Source: Candidatus Stammera capleta (GTDB lineage: Bacteria; Pseudomonadota; Gammaproteobacteria; Enterobacterales; Enterobacteriaceae). Taken from it: DNA of 64,000 nt. The stretch spans positions 183,980 to 247,979 of the forward strand of contig CP144822.1 in the NCBI GenBank assembly GCA_036689435.1. The letters are read 5' to 3'. The notes beneath the pieces were generated by a model, which was not told where the DNA came from, made no database searches, and worked only from the letters and a program-made list of their open reading frames with translations. This document shows, in pieces, positions 58,175 to 64,000 of this stretch (its first letter is position 1; every line of letters starts with the position of its first letter). A program made the position numbers and the translations under genes.

Positions 58175-58723
58175 TTAATATTCTTGTTTTTTATTTAAAA
58201 AAAGTACTTGAATAATATTAATATATTTATTCGTTAATATTTGTAATTCTTTATTTCATTTAATTTGTAAATCTTTACTTATCTTTTTTTTTTTATAAAA
58301 ATTATCTATTTTATTTTTATACATTTGTCTAATATGTCTAATAGATATTTTATATAATTCAGTTTTATTTAAAATTAATTTTAAAATTTTTTTTTTAGAC
58401 TCTTCAGTTAAAGGAGATAAAGATACCAAAATATCTTTATATTTAATAATAGGATTAAGACCTAAATCTGCTTTAATTATAGTATTAATAACTATCTGTA
58501 TTAAAGATTTATCAAATAAAGATATTTTAAATACATTAAAATTATCTTTAGTAATTTTAGCAATATTTTTTAATAAATAATTTTTATTATATACATTCAC
58601 TAATATATTAGAAATAATATTAATATTTAAAAAATTAGTACGATATTTATATATAATATTTTTATATATACTTACACATTTTAACATTTTATTACCAATA
58701 TTATTAATATCAATAGTACACAT
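58175..58723 (-). CDS. frr: Ribosome recycling factor (182 aa)
   Basis: Track ORF 58256-58723 continues through a TGA to the TAA at 58175. The motifs LSPLTEESKKK and ISIRHIR are present. Confidence 0.85.
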
Positions 58724-58817
58724 AATAACACATCCTATGTATCTACAATTTTTACTAAATTATTTTTATTATACATTTTAATAATGTATACTTTTAATAA
58801 ATATAAAAGAAATGATA

Positions 58818-60392
58818 TTATTTATCATCTAAAAAACTACGTAATATTTCAGATCTACTAGGATGACGTAATTTACGTAAAGCTTTTGCTTCTATCTGCC
58901 TAATACGTTCCCTAGTAACATCAAATTGTTTACCAACTTCTTCTAAAGTATGATCACTATTCATATTAATACCAAAACGCATACGTAATACCTGAGCCTC
59001 CCTAGGAGTTAAACTAGATAAAATATTTTGAGTAACATAACGTAAATTATCTATAGTAGCAGATTCTAATGGTAATTCTAAAGAAGAATCCTCAATAAAA
59101 TCACCTAAATATAAATCTTCATCTTCACTAACTGGTGTCTCTAAAGAAATAGGTTCTTTAGCTATTTTTAATATTTTACGTATTTTATCTTCCGATATTA
59201 ACAAACGTTCAGATAATTCTTCAGATGTAGGTTCTCTACCTAATTCTTGTACAATTTGTCTTGATATTTTATTCACTTTATTAATAGTCTCTATCATATG
59301 TACAGGTATACGTATAGTACGAGCTTGATCCGCTATAGATCTAGTTATAGCCTGTCTTATTCATCAAGTAGCATATGTAGAAAACTTATAACCTCTTCTA
59401 TATTCAAATTTATCGACTGCTTTCATTAAACCTATATTCCCTTCTTGAATTAAATCTAAAAACTGTAATCCTCTATTAGTATATTTTTTAGCTATTGATA
59501 TTACTAATCTTAAATTAGCCTCTACCATAGTAGATTTTGATAAATGTATTTTTTTTTCATTAAGTAAAATATATTTTTTTAAACGTTTAAAATTATATAT
59601 TTTATATCCTATTATATATTCAATTTTTTTTAAAAATATTAATTTAATTTTAAGTAAATGAATTTTTTTTATTAAATGTGATGATAACGACGGAACTATA
59701 TATTTAGAAATCATATTTAATATTAATTCAATATCAATTAAATTATTTTGTATACAAATTTTCTTTTTAGGTATTAATAAATTTTGAATACATACTTTTT
59801 TTATATATTTTTCAGTAATATCAATTAAATTAATAATTCTTTTTACCTTTAATAATAAAAAATCTAATTGTTTTGTAGATAATTTAAAACACATAAACAT
59901 ATCAATTAACTGATAAAATTCATACTTTGTATATGGATGTTCATAAGTATATTTATTTAACGAATTAATAAATTTATTATATTGATGTGACAATTTATCA
60001 AATTTTTGATTAATATAATATAAATCAACTTGACTATTATTTAAAATAATATTTTTATAAATTTTATTAATATTAAGAAAATATTCAACATTATTTAAAA
60101 AAAAACAATCTTTACCATTATTATAGTCAATAATACCACTAATTAAATCACATAAACGTAATTTACCATTTTTTACTAAAATATATCTATTTAAAAAACA
60201 TTTTATTAAAATATATAATTTAGATAATGATAATTGAGTTTCTCTAATATAATTTTCAATTTTTTTAGATATATATATCTCATCAAATTTAGTTAATAAA
60301 TTTACAGTACCCATTTCTTTTAAATACATACGTACTGTATCAGTACCTTTACTTAAACCATTATCTATTTTAGATAAAACTTTTTTTATCAT
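58818..60392 (-). CDS. rpoD: RNA polymerase sigma-70 lacking region 1.1 (524 aa)
   Basis: The protein starts near region 1.2 ([18 protein letters not shown]). The invariant [36 protein letters not shown] has both Trp residues encoded by TGA at 59361-59366. Region 4 is intact. Confidence 0.95.
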
Positions 60393-60536
60393 TTTTAACC
60401 ATTTAGTAACATATGCTAATATTAAATAAAGTAAAATTACTTAATAAATAATATTATAATCAAAGATATAAATCTATTATTTACACATAATATTTATATA
60501 CGATATTAAACATAATTTAATAACATATTATTCTAA

Positions 60537-62285
60537 CTATAAATTTTTAATTTTTAATAAAGATCATAATTTTTTTTGTTCTATACTATTTAAATCTCTT
60601 TTTTTATTAATCATAATAATTCTATCAATTTGTTTATTAATAAAAAATATTTTTAATTTAACTAACATTTCTAAAAATACTAATTTCTGATTATGTTCTA
60701 TAAAAAAACAATTATAGTTAAATAACTTATATAAATAAAATTTAATACGTTTTTTATGAAATTTCTCAATAATTAATATAGATGTAACATATTTATGTTT
60801 TAAACAAATATTAACAATATTAATAAATAATAATATACATATATGTCAATATATTCCTGAATAACTATGTAAATTAACATATTTACTAAAACACGGATTA
60901 GTTAAAATTAAATAAATTAAACTACGAAAAAAATGAAATTGTTTTCGTATTAAATATTTATTAATATGTCGTAAATATATAGTATGTAAATAATAAAAAT
61001 TTTTTTGATAATAATCCAAAAGTTTATTCTTTAATTCTATTTTTAAAATCATTTTAATAGTACAAGATTTAATTAAAGAAATTAAAGAAATTAATTTACT
61101 AGTCAACAAAATTTTTTTCTGATATGGTAAATAATCTACACCTATTTTATATAACATAAATAATACTTCATAAATAGAACGAGCATTATTTATTCTATAC
61201 AAAAATTTTTCTTTACCTTCCTTATAAATCAAAGTATCAGGATCCTCATTCACTGGTAAAAAAACAAAAAAAGAACATTTATCTTTAGTTATATAAGGTA
61301 ATATTTTTTTTAAAGATATTTTAATAGCTAATTGTCCTGTCTTATCACCATCATAACAAAAAATAATTTTATTAGTATACCTAAACAATATTTGTATCTG
61401 TATATTATGTAAAGATGTTCCTAATAATCCTACAGTATAATTAAAACCATACGAATGTAAAACTATTACATCAATATATCCTTCAACCACTAAAATTTGT
61501 TCTAACTTATTATTAGAATGTATAACATGATATAAACCATATAAATATTGTTGTTTACAATAATATAAATTATTCATAGAATTAATATATTTATTACGAT
61601 TATTACCATATAAAACTCTACCACCAAATGCTACTATATTCCCATATATATTATGTATAGGAAAAGTAATTCTATTAATAAATTTATCATAAATAACATT
61701 ATATTTATTTTTATTAAATACACCTAATTTTAATCATATATTTATATTATGAAATTTTATAAAATTTTTAATAAAGTTAGTAACTAAAGGTATATAAGAA
61801 AAACCAATAGAAAATTTAATAATTCAATATTGATTAATACCTCTTTTTAATAAAAAATTTCTAACAAAAGATAAGTTTTTATGATATAACAAAGTATTAT
61901 TATATAATTTATTATATTTTTTCATTAAACAAAAATACTTATCCTGTAAACTATGTGTATTAAAAAAAGGTATTTTTTTAATTACTGTTGTATATTCAAC
62001 AGTAATATCTAAAATATTAGCTATTTCATGTATACTTTCTATAAAATTTAAATGACAATATTTCATAATAAAATCAATACTATTACCACTAATTTTACAT
62101 CCAAAACAATAAAAATATTTTAATTCTTTATTTACTATAAAAGAAGGATGCTGATCTTCATGAAAAGGACAACATGCTTTATAAAATTTACCTTTTTTTT
62201 TTAACAAAATCTTTGAAGAAACAATTCTCACAAGATCACAATCTTGTAATAAACGTTTAATAAATATTTTCGATATATATTTCAT
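60537..62285 (-). CDS. dnaG: DNA primase (582 aa)
   Basis: The zinc ribbon CPFHEDQHPSF..YFYCFGC and the TOPRIM region EGYIDV..CYDGDKTG are present. Track ORFs 60846 and 61824 share one frame, which continues through TGA codons to the TAG at 60537. Confidence 0.92.
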
Positions 62286-62338
62286 TTATATATAGACTAA
62301 ATAAATATATTATTTATAAATAAAATATTTTTTAGTTT

Positions 62339-62551
62339 TTATCTATAAAAATGTTTTATTTTCTCACGTGCTATTTTTTTATAATGTCTTTTAATAGCTG
62401 AAATTTTAGCCCGTTTACGAATAGTAGTAGGTTTTTCATAAAATTCACGTTTACGTATTTCAGTTAATATACCAGATTTTTCACATAAACGTTTAAATCT
62501 ACGTAAAGCTATTTCGAAAGATTCATTATTTTTAATTTTTATATTAGGCAT
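62339..62551 (-). CDS. rpsU: 30S ribosomal protein S21 (70 aa)
   Basis: The sequence [49 protein letters not shown] is recognisable. The conserved start is the second Met of track ORF 62339-62578. Confidence 0.9.
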   Translation of the reverse strand: MPNIKIKNNESFEIALRRFKRLCEKSGILTEIRKREFYEKPTTIRKRAKISAIKRHYKKIAREKIKHFYR

Positions 62552-62627
62552 ACTACATACATCTCCTTTAAACAACATATATTCTTTAATATATATTATA
62601 TATTAAAAATTTTCATATAAAAATAAT

Positions 62628-63644
62628 ATGTTTATATTAGCTATAGATACATCTTGTGATGAAACTTCAATTAGTATATATAATACTGTAACAAAAATAT
62701 TTACTAACAAAAATTTTAATCAAATTAAAATACATGAAAAAACTGGTGGTATTATACCACAAAAAGCAACCTATTATCATTATATAAATATAATACCGTT
62801 AATCCAAAAACTACTTAAAAAAAATAATTTATCTATGACACATATTCAATTAATAGCTTATACTGCTGGACCTGGTTTAGCTAATTCATTATTAATAGGT
62901 GCTACCACAGCAATTAGCTTATCTTACTTATATAAAATACCCTATATAGCGATTAATCATCTAGAAGGACACATTTTATCTGTTATGTTAAATAAAAACA
63001 AACCTAATTTTCCTTTTATTTCATTATTAATTACTGGAGCTAATACATTATTAATTTTAGTTAAAAACTTTCATAAATATAAAATATTAGGTAAATCTGT
63101 AGATGATTCTCTTGGTGAAATATTAGATAAAATAGCATATTTAATGCAATTAGGTTTACCTGGAGGAAAACAAATTTCAAAAAAAGCTAAATTAGGTAAA
63201 AAATATTTTACTTTTCCTAAACCTATGTATTATCAAAATAATTTAAATTTTAGTTTTTCCGGACTTAAAACACATATAACTAATATATGACATAAATTTA
63301 AAAATAAAATTAATCTTAATATATTAAAACAAAATATTTCATATACTCTAGAAAAAACTATACACCAAATATTAATTAAAAAAATACAAAAAGCATTAAA
63401 AAAATATCAAATTACAACATTATCTTTAGTAGGTGGAGTTAGTGCTAATAAAACATTAAAACAAAAAATATCAATATGAGCATTAAAACATAATATTAAA
63501 TTATATACACTACCTACTAAATGATGTACAGATAATGCAGATATGATAGCTTATACTGGATGAATTAAATATAAAAAACAAAAAATAAAAAATAACAATG
63601 ATTGAATAATAAAAACTAATCACAAATGACAGTTACACACTTAA
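62628..63644 (+). CDS. tsaD: tRNA N6-adenosine threonylcarbamoyltransferase TsaD (338 aa)
   Basis: The sequence begins ILAIDTSCDETS, and HLEGH and GGVSAN motifs are present. The gene is divergent from rpsU as in E. coli. It continues through TGA codons to the TAA at 63642. Confidence 0.9.
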
Positions 63645-63667
63645 AAATATCACTGTTTAAATATAAA

Positions 63668-64000
63668 TTAAGTAATAACTAAATATTTTTTTTTTAAAAA
63701 TAACTCCACAGATTTCATACGCAAATACCTAATATGTTGAGTAATATATTTACCTTTATATCCTAATTTAATTACATCATTACTTATAATTTTACATGTT
63801 TTTTGATAAAGAATTAATAAATAATGATCTAAAAATTCTAATAATACTTTATTTTTAAATGGAATAAAATACATTACTTTTAAAAAAAGTAAAAATTTAT
63901 TTAAAAAAAAAGATTGTCTTCATACATCCATAATATAAAATAACTTCATAATTAATATAGTTAAATTTTTATTATTATTATAATTATAAATAATATTTAA
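63668..64000 (-). CDS. Unidentified protein, C-terminal part; the frame is open to the window edge
   Basis: The minus frame is free of TAA/TAG from 64000 down to the TAA at 63668, which is 110 codons. I recognised no motif. The gene may start inside the window (Met codons at 63949, 63931 or 63874) or beyond it. Confidence 0.4.

Noticed and set aside
62552-62578. A nine-residue N-terminal extension of rpsU (MLFKGDVCS) implied by the track ORF.
   Set aside because: S21 orthologues start at the MP.IK.. Met, so the upstream ATG is probably not used, although I cannot exclude it.

Overview
This window is 64 kb of extremely AT-rich, gene-dense DNA, with sample lines hand-counted at roughly 10-20% G+C. 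It only makes sense under translation table 4, where UGA encodes Trp. The fragmented ORFs of the six-frame track then fuse, in frame, into full-length housekeeping genes. I call 56 CDS and 5 tRNAs (Thr-GGU, Ser-UGA, Met-CAU, Gln-UUG, Leu-UAG). Almost all genes are information-processing: thrS-infC-rpmI-rplT-pheST, rpsB-tsf, lepA-lepB-rnc-era, secE-nusG-rplKAJL-rpoBC, miaB-ybeZ-ybeY, rpsU-dnaG-rpoD, and frr-rseP-bamA-skp-dnaE. Five further aminoacyl-tRNA synthetases are present. A small metabolic/redox set is also retained: fba, pgk, ppa, flavodoxin, peroxiredoxin and a dienelactone hydrolase. I found no rRNA, CRISPR array, transposase, integrase, phage, defence or toxin gene. The overall picture is a tiny insect-endosymbiont chromosome. 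My best guess, from memory of published properties only, is something like Candidatus Zinderia insecticola. I do not see a novel multi-gene system. The observations worth a second look are the recoding itself, domain-shaved enzymes (ThrRS without its editing domain, LigA without BRCT, sigma-70 without region 1.1), one 240-aa orphan ORF, unusually long AT-only spacers that may be eroded genes, a probable ~38 kb inversion that splits the ancestral tsf/frr cluster, slippage-prone A-tracts inside genes, and a few repeats and hairpins. Boundaries of the code-4 merged genes were derived by hand and checked for frame consistency against the ORF track. End coordinates include the stop codon. Errors of one codon are possible, especially at start codons.
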